A stretch of 62,543 bases of DNA from an uncultured Clostridia bacterium (GTDB lineage: Bacteria; Bacillota; Clostridia; Christensenellales; CAG-917), in contig CASDRL010000022.1 in assembly GCA_949283145.1 (NCBI GenBank), positions 1 to 62,543 on the forward strand. Reading direction: 5' to 3'. Positions within the stretch are counted from its first letter, which is position 1. Every line of letters begins with the position of its first letter. Below are positions 9,826-19,310 of this stretch, one piece after another. Both the position numbers and the translations under genes were made by a program. The notes beneath the pieces were generated by a model, which searched no databases, was not told the DNA's origin, and was given only the letters and a program-made list of their open reading frames with translations.

Positions 9826-9854
9826 TTGATTTTTATGCAAAAGCGGGATATAAT
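9826..9854 (+). promoter_or_regulatory. sigmaA-like promoter of the Nudix/HAD pair
   Basis: TTGATT-17 nt-TATAAT. Confidence 0.6.
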
Positions 9855-9898
9855 GTCTGTGTCCGAAGAGAGCATATTTTTTGTCCGAGGAGGTCTCG

Positions 9899-10513
9899 AT
9901 GGATAATTGGTTGAAATGGGCTGTGGAGATCCAGGCAATGGCGCAATCCGGGCTGACATATACCGACAACCCCTACGATAAAGAAAGATATGAACGGCTA
10001 AGGGAGATAGCCGCGGAGATGATCGCGGAAAAATCGGATATACCGCTCGGGAAAGTGAAGGGGCTTTTTTGCGGAGAAACAGGCTATCAAACGCCCAAAT
10101 TGGATACGCGAGCGGCAATTTTTAAAGACGGAAAAATTTTGCTGGTACACGAAAATAACGGGACATGGTCATTGCCGGGCGGTTGGTGTGACGTTTTGGA
10201 GTCCGTGAGGTCAAATACGATCAAGGAAGTGAAGGAAGAAACGGGCTTGGACGTCGAAGCGCTACGGCTGATCGCAGTGCAGGACAGAAACAAACACAAT
10301 GTTCCCTTATACGCTTACGGGGTGTGCAAAGTGTTTGTATTGTGCAAGATCATAGGCGGCAAATTTGTCGAAAACATCGAAACGACGGAGATCGCGTTTT
10401 TCGATGAGGAGGATCTGCCTATGGATCTGGCAAACGAAAAAACGACCAAAGAGCAAATATTAATGTGCTTTAAGGCAATGAAAAACGAAAATTGGCAGCC
10501 GTATTTTGACTGA
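9899..10513 (+). CDS. Nudix hydrolase with Nudix_N N-terminal domain (ADP-ribose pyrophosphatase-like)
   Basis: Nudix box GGWCDVLESVRSNTIKEVKEETGL; AQSGLTY..YDKERY; GAGGAGG RBS before ATG 9899. Confidence 0.88.
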   Translation: MDNWLKWAVEIQAMAQSGLTYTDNPYDKERYERLREIAAEMIAEKSDIPLGKVKGLFCGETGYQTPKLDTRAAIFKDGKILLVHENNGTWSLPGGWCDVLESVRSNTIKEVKEETGLDVEALRLIAVQDRNKHNVPLYAYGVCKVFVLCKIIGGKFVENIETTEIAFFDEEDLPMDLANEKTTKEQILMCFKAMKNENWQPYFD

Positions 10514-11178
10514 TGCGGGACGCGCAAATGAAATATCAAAACGTGATTTTCGATTTGGACGGCACGCTGATAGACACCGACAATGCCGTGTTGAAAACCT
10601 GGGAACGTACTTTGCGGGAATGCAGCTTCGGCTATTCGCAAAACGAGCTGCAAAGGGTATTGGGTGTAACGGAACAAGCAGCGTTGCGGGCTTTGAATAT
10701 CTGCCCCGATGAAAAGTTTTCGAACAAATGGATGCGCAATTACGCCCTGTTCGGGGGAGAAGCGAAGTATTTTGCCGGCGTCGAAGAGATGCTCCTGCGG
10801 TTGAAACGGAGCTGTCATACGGTAGGCGTCGTAACATCGAGATATCGGTCTGAATGTGATCTGTTTTTCACGCATCTGCAATTTGACAAATATTTTGACT
10901 TGGTCGTCTGCGCCGATGACACCGAGCGGCACAAGCCTTTTCCCGCCCCGCTGCAAAAGTATATGTCGCTTTTGAAAACATGTCCGTGCGACTGTATTTA
11001 TATAGGCGATATGCCCACCGACATACGGTGCGCGAAAGCCGCAGAAACGGCGTCCGGTCTTGCCTTATGGGGCAAGAAAAACAAAAATACGACCGGTGAT
11101 GCCGACTATATTTTTTATCATCCCGCGGATGTTTTTGGCAATGCCGGACCTTGCGGGGCGGAGCGGGTCAGGGGGTGA
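10513..11178 (+). CDS. HAD-IA family phosphatase (PpaX/Gph-like)
   Basis: DLDGTL motif I, VTS, HKP, GDMPTD; TGATG coupling with the Nudix gene (alternative start 10528). Confidence 0.85.
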   Translation: MRDAQMKYQNVIFDLDGTLIDTDNAVLKTWERTLRECSFGYSQNELQRVLGVTEQAALRALNICPDEKFSNKWMRNYALFGGEAKYFAGVEEMLLRLKRSCHTVGVVTSRYRSECDLFFTHLQFDKYFDLVVCADDTERHKPFPAPLQKYMSLLKTCPCDCIYIGDMPTDIRCAKAAETASGLALWGKKNKNTTGDADYIFYHPADVFGNAGPCGAERVRG

Positions 11179-11839
11179 GGTCGAGATAGCCGCCGTTTTG
11201 CATGGATCCTCCGAAGTAGAACTCCGGCACTTCACCCACGATGAGATTTTCCGCGACCAACACTTCCGCTTTCACGGTTATTGTGGGCTCGTCGAGGGGA
11301 GTGATGATGTTGATCTCCGCATGTACGTCGATGTAGATCTTGTGCAGGGTCTGGTTGATGCCCGCAGCGGTGAAATAGCTCACAAAGTCGCACAGGGCGG
11401 AGCCTATCGGCATGACGCTGATGGTGACGTCGGGGCCTAGCCCCATCAGGAGCGCGAGTCCCGTGAAAGTGCCGATCGGTATGGATATCTCTTTGAGCCC
11501 CAGTGCGTCCAGGTTGGCTTGGGCGAGCCCCGCGATCTCTCTTGCGATCATATTTATCTCGGGCGAATTCGCCTGCACCATCTCGATGTTGCCTGCGTCG
11601 TCGCGCACGATGGAAAAGAGGTCGTCATATTCCACACCGCCGCCGACTACGGCGGTGACGGCGGTGTTGATCGTCTCGGTGCACATGGCGCGCACCTCGG
11701 CGACCGCGCTCCCCATGACCGTCGGGACGATGTTGTTGCGGAAATAAACGGTGCAGAAGATGAATGCCGCCACGAACAGCGTCAGCGCGACGGCGATGCG
11801 GAAAAATCCCGGTTTGAGTCGTTTTGCACCTTTCTCCAT
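11168..11839 (-). CDS. yunB: Sporulation protein YunB
   Basis: N-terminal TM, then IPIG..GP..MPIG..FTAAGINQTLHKIY..IVGEVPEFY. Start approximate (11839 or 11848). Confidence 0.88.
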   Translation of the reverse strand: MEKGAKRLKPGFFRIAVALTLFVAAFIFCTVYFRNNIVPTVMGSAVAEVRAMCTETINTAVTAVVGGGVEYDDLFSIVRDDAGNIEMVQANSPEINMIAREIAGLAQANLDALGLKEISIPIGTFTGLALLMGLGPDVTISVMPIGSALCDFVSYFTAAGINQTLHKIYIDVHAEINIITPLDEPTITVKAEVLVAENLIVGEVPEFYFGGSMQNGGYLDLTP

Positions 11840-11991
11840 GCCGTACATTATATTCGGGAGCGCGTTCGGGCAACACACGGCGGCGTGATCGTAAGACGGG
11901 CGCGGAGTTTTGCTTTCGGCGAAGAGCAAAGTGCGTTTGCCGCCGAACCGCGAGACCGAAGACGCAAATTTGCGCATTTTCCCCGCTTTTG

Positions 11992-12020
11992 TTGACTGCT
12001 GCGGACAAAATTGATATTAT
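11992..12020 (+). promoter_or_regulatory. sigmaA promoter of pheST with extended -10
   Basis: TTGACT-17 nt-TATTAT preceded by TGn. Confidence 0.6.
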
Positions 12021-12074
12021 AATCAAGTTATATTTCGTGTGCGCTTTATGCGCACGCATGTGTACGGAGTTTAC

Positions 12075-13109
12075 ATGAAAGCACAAATCGAAAATGTCAA
12101 GCAGGCTGCACTTGCCGCCGTCGCCGCGGCGGGCACCGTGCAGGAACTCGGAGAGGTCAGAGTGCGCTTCCTCGGCAAGAGCGGCGAACTGACTTCTCTC
12201 ATGAAAGGATTGGGCGCGCTCTCCAAAGAGGAGCGTCCCGAGATGGGCAAGGTGCTCAATCTCGCCCGCACGGAGATCGAGACGGCTCTCGAACAAAAAC
12301 TCGCCGCTGCGGAAGAGCGCGAAAAACAGGCGCGCCTCAGTGCGGAAGCGGTGGACGTCACGCTGCCCGGCAGAAAACCCGTGCGCGGCACTCTTCATCC
12401 GATCACTCAGGTGAGAGAAGACATAGTGCGCGTCTTCCTCGGCATGGGATTCGAGGTGGCGGAAGGTCCGGAGATCGAGAGCGACCTTTACAATTTCCAG
12501 CTGCTCAACGTCCCCAAGGATCATCCCGCACGCGACATGCAGGACACCTTTTACGTCAACGATTCCTTCGTGCTGCGCACGCACACGTCTCCCATGCAGG
12601 CGCGAATGATGACCACGAGAAAGCCTCCCATCCGTGTCGTCATCCCGGGCAGGGTGTACCGTTCGGACGACGACGCGTCCCACAGCCCCATCTTCCATCA
12701 GATCGAGGGGCTCGCGGTGGACAAATATATCACGATGGGCGACCTCGAAGGCTGTCTCACGGCGTTCGCGCAGCAGATGTTCTCCAAGGACACGGAGATC
12801 CGTCTGCGCCCCTCCTATTTCCCCTTCACGGAGCCTTCCGTCGAAGTGGACGTCACCTGCGCGATATGCGGCGGAAAAGGCTGCAGAGTGTGCAAAGGCA
12901 CAGGCTGGGTGGAGATCCTCGGCGCCGGCATCGTGAATCCTGCGGTGCTCGAAATGTGCGGCATCGACAGCAAGGAATACAGCGGTTTCGCGTTCGGTCT
13001 CGGGCTGGAGCGCATCGCGATGATCAAATACGGCATCCCCAACATCAAGCTCTTCTATGAGAACGATGTCAGGTTCTTGAAACAATTCAACGGGGAGGTG
13101 GAAAAATAA
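12075..13109 (+). CDS. pheS: Phenylalanine-tRNA ligase alpha subunit
   Basis: HPARDMQDTFY, LRTHTSP, FHQIEGL, YFPFTEPS, FAFGLGLER. Confidence 0.98.
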   Translation: MKAQIENVKQAALAAVAAAGTVQELGEVRVRFLGKSGELTSLMKGLGALSKEERPEMGKVLNLARTEIETALEQKLAAAEEREKQARLSAEAVDVTLPGRKPVRGTLHPITQVREDIVRVFLGMGFEVAEGPEIESDLYNFQLLNVPKDHPARDMQDTFYVNDSFVLRTHTSPMQARMMTTRKPPIRVVIPGRVYRSDDDASHSPIFHQIEGLAVDKYITMGDLEGCLTAFAQQMFSKDTEIRLRPSYFPFTEPSVEVDVTCAICGGKGCRVCKGTGWVEILGAGIVNPAVLEMCGIDSKEYSGFAFGLGLERIAMIKYGIPNIKLFYENDVRFLKQFNGEVEK

Positions 13110-15502
13110 TGCTCGCACCAATATCGTGGCTCAAAGATTATGTGGATATCAACGTCACTCCCGAAGAGCTTGCCGCCCGTCTCGTGGCGATCGGCTTTGA
13201 GGTGGAGGGCATAGAATATCAGGCAAAGAAGGCGACTCTCGTCAAGACTTGCAGGATAGTCGCCGTGGAGAAGCATCCCGCGGCGGACAGGCTGCGCGTG
13301 GCTAAGGTCGACATCGGCGGCAAGATCATACAGGTGGTCACAAATGTCCCCGTCGAGGGCGGCGAACTGACCGCGGTGGCTCTTGACGGAGCGAAACTCG
13401 CCGACGGACACGAGATAAAGAAAGGCGCGCTCCGCGGCGTGACTTCGGAAGGCATGCTATGCGGCGCAGAAGAGATCGGTTTCTCCGCCGCGGATATAGA
13501 CGGGCAGAAGGAGGGGGACATCCTGCGTTTCCCGGAGGGCACTCCTCTCGGCGTCGACGCGGCGCCCGCACTCGGGCTCGATGATGTGGTGCTGGACGTT
13601 TCCGTCACCGCCAACCGCCCCGACTGCAACAGCATTTATAAACTTGCAAAGGAAGTCGCCGTCGCACTCGGCACCGAGTGCCGTGAGCCGGAGATCGGCT
13701 ATGAAGCGACGGGCGCGGACGTCGGCGAGGCGGTGAGCGTCGAGGTGAAGAACCGCGAGCTCTGCCCGAGGTATATGGCGGCTTGCGTGAGAGACGTGAA
13801 GATCTTCCCGTCTCCCGCAAAGATGCGTATGCGCCTGAGAGCGGTGAGCATCCGTCCCATCAACAACATCGTTGACATCACCAACTACGTCCTCATCGAG
13901 ATAGGGCAGCCCATGCACGCCTTCGATCTGAGATATCTTGCGGGAGGTAAGATCGTGGTGCGCAATGCGGAAGAGGGCGAGCACATCGTCACCCTCGACG
14001 GCAAGGACAATACGATGACCTCATCAATGCTCGCGATCTGCGACGCGGAAAAGCCCGTTGCGGTCGCCGGCATCATGGGCGGGGAGTACAGCGGCATACA
14101 GGCGGACACTTCCACCATCATATTCGAGTCCGCCAAATTCGCGCGTGACAGCGTGAGACGGACTTCCCGTGCGCTCAACCTGCGTTCGGACAGCTCCGCA
14201 CGCTTTGAGAAAGGCATCGATTTCGCCTCTCAGGAATACGGTCTCGAGCGCGCGCTCACCCTCGTCTATCAGACGGGCAGCGGCGTCATCGGCAAGGGCG
14301 TCATCGATGTCAAAGTGGACTACGAAAAGGTCAGGGACATTCCCTTCACGGTGGAGAAGATAGAGCGCATCCTCGGCTGCGAAGTGCCGGAAGGCGAGCT
14401 TGTCGCCATCCTTTCCCGTCTCGGCATCCCCGTGGACAAAACGGGGGAGGGCGCGTTTGTGGCTCACGTCCCCGACGCCCGTTCGGACATGGACGGCGTG
14501 AACGATATCGCGGAAGAGTTCATCAGAGTGTACGGTTATGCGCACGTCAAGCCCACGCTTTTCGCGCACGCGGCGCTTACGCGCGGCGGCGTGCCCGCGG
14601 ACATCGCCTTCCGCAACAGGGTGAAAAACGAACTTGCGGCGGCAGGACTCAACGAATGCATAACCTATTCCTTCACTTCGCCCGCATTTGCGGACAGGCT
14701 GCGCATCCCCGCGGACAGTCCTTTGAGACAGTGGGTGGAGCTGGTCAATCCTCTCGGCGAGGCGCTCAGCGTCATGCGCACGGTGCTCACGCACAGCATG
14801 CTCGAGGTGCTCGCCTACAATGCGGCGCACTTCAACAAGAGCGCGGCGCTTTTCGAGATCGCAAAGACCTATCATCCCAAGGCGCTGCCGCTTACGGAGC
14901 TCCCCGAAGAAAAGGAAAAGCTCGTCATCGGCATGTACGGTGCGGACGCGGACTATTTTGCGCTGAAAGGCGTGCTTGACGCGCTCTTCGACGCCCTTCA
15001 CACCGAGGCAGATTACAGCCGTTCGACACTCCCGTTCCTGCATCCCGGAAGAGGCGCGGACATCACCGTGAACGGGAAACGGGTCGGCTATCTCGGCGAG
15101 ATCCATCCCGATGTCGCAGAGGAATACGGCGCGGATGTCAGGCTTTACGCGGCGGAGCTCGATCTTGACGCTCTTGCTCCCGAATGCGCCGGAGTCGCGC
15201 GGTTCAAAGAGTTCTCCAAATATCCGCCGGTGGAGCGCGACCTCGCCGTCGTTGTCGCGGAAGGAGTCGCCGCAGGCGATATGGTGAAAGCAGCTAAAAA
15301 CGCGGGCGCAGAGCATATGACCGACGCCGGAGTCTTCGACGTCTACCGCGGAGCTCAGGTCGGCGAAGGGCTGAAGAGCGTCGCTATGAATTTCTCCTTC
15401 GCTTCCGCGGAGCGCACGCTGACCGACGACGAGATCGCCGCTGAAATGGCGCTCATACTCGCAGCGCTTGAAAAGGAGTTCGGAGCCAAGATCCGCGCTT
15501 GA
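13109..15502 (+). CDS. pheT: Phenylalanine-tRNA ligase beta subunit
   Basis: HPAADRL, TANRPDC, PINNIVDITNYV..GQPMHAFD, C-terminal FDX-ACB domain. Confidence 0.97.
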   Translation: MLAPISWLKDYVDINVTPEELAARLVAIGFEVEGIEYQAKKATLVKTCRIVAVEKHPAADRLRVAKVDIGGKIIQVVTNVPVEGGELTAVALDGAKLADGHEIKKGALRGVTSEGMLCGAEEIGFSAADIDGQKEGDILRFPEGTPLGVDAAPALGLDDVVLDVSVTANRPDCNSIYKLAKEVAVALGTECREPEIGYEATGADVGEAVSVEVKNRELCPRYMAACVRDVKIFPSPAKMRMRLRAVSIRPINNIVDITNYVLIEIGQPMHAFDLRYLAGGKIVVRNAEEGEHIVTLDGKDNTMTSSMLAICDAEKPVAVAGIMGGEYSGIQADTSTIIFESAKFARDSVRRTSRALNLRSDSSARFEKGIDFASQEYGLERALTLVYQTGSGVIGKGVIDVKVDYEKVRDIPFTVEKIERILGCEVPEGELVAILSRLGIPVDKTGEGAFVAHVPDARSDMDGVNDIAEEFIRVYGYAHVKPTLFAHAALTRGGVPADIAFRNRVKNELAAAGLNECITYSFTSPAFADRLRIPADSPLRQWVELVNPLGEALSVMRTVLTHSMLEVLAYNAAHFNKSAALFEIAKTYHPKALPLTELPEEKEKLVIGMYGADADYFALKGVLDALFDALHTEADYSRSTLPFLHPGRGADITVNGKRVGYLGEIHPDVAEEYGADVRLYAAELDLDALAPECAGVARFKEFSKYPPVERDLAVVVAEGVAAGDMVKAAKNAGAEHMTDAGVFDVYRGAQVGEGLKSVAMNFSFASAERTLTDDEIAAEMALILAALEKEFGAKIRA

Positions 15503-15550
15503 CGATCGTCGGGGCAGACGCATCCGCGCCTGTCCCGCGGACATGACCGT

Positions 15551-17599
15551 ATGTTTGACGACAAAAATCTGAACACGCTGGAATTCGGGAAGATCCTCGA
15601 AATGCTTGCCGCCCACGCTCAGTCGGAGGGCGGCAAAGCCCTGTCCCGTGCGCTTCGTCCCGCCGTCACGGCGGAAGAAGCCGCGCTTGCCCTCGATATG
15701 ACCGCAGAGGCGGACAGGACTCTTTTCGAGTTTTCCGTCTCGCCGTCTTTTGCGGTGGACGACATCGAGGAGACCGTCGTCAAAGCGGAAAAGGGCGCGG
15801 TGCTGTCCATACCCGAGATACTCCGCGTCGGACGGGCTCTGCGCGCCGCGAGAAGGGTGACGAAGTCCGTCTCTCCCGTTGTCGGCGTGCCGGGGTTGCA
15901 TGCCATGCTCGGCGCGCTCTATTCCGACGACAAGCTGGAAAAGGAGATCTTCGACGCCTTCATTTCCGACACCGAAGTGGCGGACAATGCGACTCCGGAA
16001 CTCAGGGCGATAAGGCTCCGCATAAGGAAACTCGGCGACAGCGTAAAGACCAAATTGCAGCTCTTTGTCACTTCGCCGACCTATCACAAATATTTGCAGG
16101 ACAGCATCGTCACGGTGCGCGGCGACAGATACGTCATCCCCGTCAAGAGCGAGTTCAAAGGCGCGATAAGCGGGCTTGTGCACGATCAGTCCGCTTCGGG
16201 CGCCACGCTCTACATCGAGCCCATGCAGATAGTGGAGCTCAACAACGAGCTGAAAACCGAAAAACTCAACGAACAGGCGGAGATCGAGCGCATCCTGCGC
16301 AATTTTTCCACAGCCGTGAGCGCGCATGCGGACAGGCTGAAAGCAAGCTATGCGACCATCGTCGAGATGGACGCCATCTTCGCCCGCGCACAGCTGGCGC
16401 ACGAGATGAAAGCCGTGCGTCCCGAACTCAACACAGAGGGCGAACTCTCCGTCAAACAGGGGAGACATCCTCTCATTGACGCAAAAAAGGTCGTTCCGCT
16501 CACGCTCGCACTGCGCCCGGAAGAGCGAATGCTGCTCATCACCGGTCCGAACACGGGCGGAAAGACGGTCACCCTCAAAATGACGGGACTCTTTGTTTGC
16601 ATGGCGCTTTCCGGGCTCTATGTGCCGGCAAAGAGCGCGAAGATCCCCGTTGTTGACGGCGTATATTGCGACATCGGGGACGAACAGAGCATAGAACAGA
16701 GCCTCTCCACATTTTCCGCGCACATCAAGAACATCATCGGCATACTCGGGAAGATGACCCCGCAGTCCCTCGTGCTCTTCGACGAGCTAGGCGCGGGCAC
16801 GGACCCGGGCGAAGGCGCGGCGCTTGCGGTCAGCATATCGGACTATGTGATGTCCGCGGGCGCGAAGTTTCTGGTGACATCTCATTTCAACGACCTCAAA
16901 GAATACGCTCTCACCACCCCCGGCGTGGTGGCGGCGTCGATGGAATTCGACACGGCGACATTCCGTCCCACTTTCAAGCTGGTGATGGGCGCCATAGGCA
17001 CGTCCAATGCGCTCGATATAGCGACCACTCTGGGGCTGGATCCCGGCATCGTTGAGAGGGCGAGGGGGAGGATCTCGGCGGAAAAGAGGCAGTTTGACAG
17101 CGTGCTGTCCGCGGCGGAACAGACCAGACGCCGTGCGGAACAGCTGGTCTCGGACGCATCTCTCGACCGCGAAAAGGCGGCAAGCGCTTTGAGAGAAGCG
17201 GAGCAGGAGAAACGCATCATTGTCGAAAAGCGGGAAAAACTTGATGAGAGCATCCGCCGCGAGACAAAGAAACTCATTGAGGACTCCGTCGAAGAGGCGG
17301 ACGAGATCATCGATAAGCTCAAAGAAATGCTCGACAAAGAGACTGTGGAGGACCGCGACATCTTCGAGGCGCGCGCCCTCAAACGCAAGCTCGAGAATCT
17401 TTCGGCTAAATACGATACGGAGAGCGTGGTGGAAGACGTCCCCGATCCCACCCCGCTGCGCCCCGGCGACAATGTCTGGGTGAAGTCGCTGATGAAGCGA
17501 GGACAGCTGAAAGGGATCAATGCCCGCGGCGAGGCGGAAGTGCTGTTCGGCAAACTTGCCGTCAAGGTGAAGGCAGGGGACTATTATAAGGTGAAATGA
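15551..17599 (+). CDS. mutS2: MutS2 (RqcU-like) ATPase lacking the C-terminal Smr domain
   Basis: HDQSASGATLYIEP, GPNTGGKT, DIGDEQSIEQSLSTFS, DELGAGTDP, coiled coil, terminal KOW-like domain. Confidence 0.92.
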   Translation: MFDDKNLNTLEFGKILEMLAAHAQSEGGKALSRALRPAVTAEEAALALDMTAEADRTLFEFSVSPSFAVDDIEETVVKAEKGAVLSIPEILRVGRALRAARRVTKSVSPVVGVPGLHAMLGALYSDDKLEKEIFDAFISDTEVADNATPELRAIRLRIRKLGDSVKTKLQLFVTSPTYHKYLQDSIVTVRGDRYVIPVKSEFKGAISGLVHDQSASGATLYIEPMQIVELNNELKTEKLNEQAEIERILRNFSTAVSAHADRLKASYATIVEMDAIFARAQLAHEMKAVRPELNTEGELSVKQGRHPLIDAKKVVPLTLALRPEERMLLITGPNTGGKTVTLKMTGLFVCMALSGLYVPAKSAKIPVVDGVYCDIGDEQSIEQSLSTFSAHIKNIIGILGKMTPQSLVLFDELGAGTDPGEGAALAVSISDYVMSAGAKFLVTSHFNDLKEYALTTPGVVAASMEFDTATFRPTFKLVMGAIGTSNALDIATTLGLDPGIVERARGRISAEKRQFDSVLSAAEQTRRRAEQLVSDASLDREKAASALREAEQEKRIIVEKREKLDESIRRETKKLIEDSVEEADEIIDKLKEMLDKETVEDRDIFEARALKRKLENLSAKYDTESVVEDVPDPTPLRPGDNVWVKSLMKRGQLKGINARGEAEVLFGKLAVKVKAGDYYKVK

Positions 17600-18102
17600 C
17601 TGAAAGATATGTGCAAAAAGTGGAAGCCGAGCCGCGAAAAGGCGCCCGGCGCGATCAGATCCTCGGGATAGTGCTGCAGCTCATGGGGCTGGGGCTCATC
17701 CCCGTCGCGATTTTCGTGACCGAATGGATGGCATTCGGAGTGGCTGTCGCCTTCGTTTTCGGGATCTGGCTGACCCAGCGTTTTTATTCCTCGCCGAGGG
17801 AATACGAATACGCTTTCACCGGCAGCAAGCTCATAGTCTCGCGCGCCAACATTCTCGGCAGGGGAAGAAAGATGCTGGAGATCGCCCTTGCGGACGTGAG
17901 ATCTTTTACGGGATTTTACGATATGGTGCTGTCCGGTGATTTTCTCGCCGCCGAAAACGTGAACTCAGGCGACGTCAAAGCGATGACTTTTGTCGCCGGC
18001 GGGACCGAATACCGGCTGTTGTTTTCGCCGGACGTCTATCTTACGGAGCTGCTTTCGGAAAAACTCAGGAATAAAGAAAAGTCTGCCACGGAGGCAAAAT
18101 GA
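17596..18102 (+). CDS. Two-TM membrane protein with soluble C-terminal domain (possibly DUF6106-like)
   Basis: Two hydrophobic helices, EYEYAF motif, LLFSPD near the C-terminus; ATGA overlaps on both sides. Confidence 0.7.
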   Translation: MTERYVQKVEAEPRKGARRDQILGIVLQLMGLGLIPVAIFVTEWMAFGVAVAFVFGIWLTQRFYSSPREYEYAFTGSKLIVSRANILGRGRKMLEIALADVRSFTGFYDMVLSGDFLAAENVNSGDVKAMTFVAGGTEYRLLFSPDVYLTELLSEKLRNKEKSATEAK

Positions 18103-19235
18103 TATATCTCGACAACGCCGCAACGACCAGGATGTGCGAGGAATCTCTCGCCGTATTGGATGACGCCAACCGCAACAGGTGGTTCAACGCGTCCGCGCTC
18201 TATAAGGAAGCGAGCGATGAGACCGGGCGAATAAGAGAGGCGAGAGAGGCTCTTTCAGCGGCTCTCCGCGCCGGGGGCGGAGAGTTATATTTCCTCTCCG
18301 GCGGCACCGAGGCGGACAACACCGCACTGCTTTGCACGCGGAAACCCAAGGGCAGCCGCGTCATTGTCGGCGAAGGGGAGCACGATGCGGTCATCAACCC
18401 CGCAAAAGTGCTCAAAGAGCAGGGATATGACGTCGTTTTCGCGCCCATCAGACCCGACGGCGGTGTGGACGAAGAGAAATTTGCCGAGATGCTCACCCCA
18501 AATGTCTCTTTGGTTTCCGTCATGCACGTGAGCAACGAGACGGGGGCGGTGAATGACATCGCAAAACTCGTCAAAATGACAAAGAAAGTCTCTCCCAAAG
18601 CTGCTTTCCACAGTGACGGAGTGCAGGCGTTCGGCAAAGTGAAGGTGGATCTGCGCGCCCTAGGTGTCGATCTTTACACCGTCTCGGGGCACAAGATCGG
18701 AGCGCCGAAGGGCATCGGCGCCCTCTATGTAGCAAAAGGTGCGCCCGTTCGTCCTCTCGTCTACGGCGGAGGGCAGGAGAAAGGGTTTCGCTCCGGCACG
18801 GAGAACGGTCCCGCCATCGAGGCGTTTGCCGCCGCAGCGGAGAGAGCAGTGAGGCTTTTGCAGGAAAACTCTTCTAAAAAACACGATTATATAGAACACT
18901 TGGCGAACGGGCTCGCGGAAGCCGTGCCCGATACGGTGTTCATCACGGACAGGGAGCGCTCGGCGCCTCATATCCTCACCGTCGCATTCTCGGGAGTGCG
19001 CGGAGAGGTGCTGCTGCACGCTCTTGACGCGCGCGGCATCATGGTGGGGGTGGGCTCCGCCTGTTCCTCTCACCGTGAGAGCAGGTTCAAGTCCCTTCTG
19101 GGACTTGACGAGGCTCACCGCGACGGCATCGTGCGGTTCAGCGTGTCGGAAACGAACGACATTGCCGAAGTGCCCGTGGTCGTGCAGGCAATAAAGGAAG
19201 AGACGGAAAAATTGCGCAAATTCGCACGCAAGTGA
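18099..19235 (+). CDS. Cysteine desulfurase (NifZ/IscS-type, ThiI partner)
   Basis: IYLDNAATT, SGGTEADN, HSDGVQA, SGHKIGAPKG, GSACSS. Confidence 0.92.
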   Translation: MIYLDNAATTRMCEESLAVLDDANRNRWFNASALYKEASDETGRIREAREALSAALRAGGGELYFLSGGTEADNTALLCTRKPKGSRVIVGEGEHDAVINPAKVLKEQGYDVVFAPIRPDGGVDEEKFAEMLTPNVSLVSVMHVSNETGAVNDIAKLVKMTKKVSPKAAFHSDGVQAFGKVKVDLRALGVDLYTVSGHKIGAPKGIGALYVAKGAPVRPLVYGGGQEKGFRSGTENGPAIEAFAAAAERAVRLLQENSSKKHDYIEHLANGLAEAVPDTVFITDRERSAPHILTVAFSGVRGEVLLHALDARGIMVGVGSACSSHRESRFKSLLGLDEAHRDGIVRFSVSETNDIAEVPVVVQAIKEETEKLRKFARK

Positions 19236-19310
19236 TCGTGCACGCGTCGATTTTCGGCGGAAGGCGCTGTGATACAGATGTCCGCACGCAACACTAAAAA
19301 CGGAGATATT

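Noticed and set aside
14024-16723. 899-aa minus-strand ORF
   Set aside because: Antisense shadow of pheT/mutS2 caused by GC-rich codon bias; no recognisable motifs.
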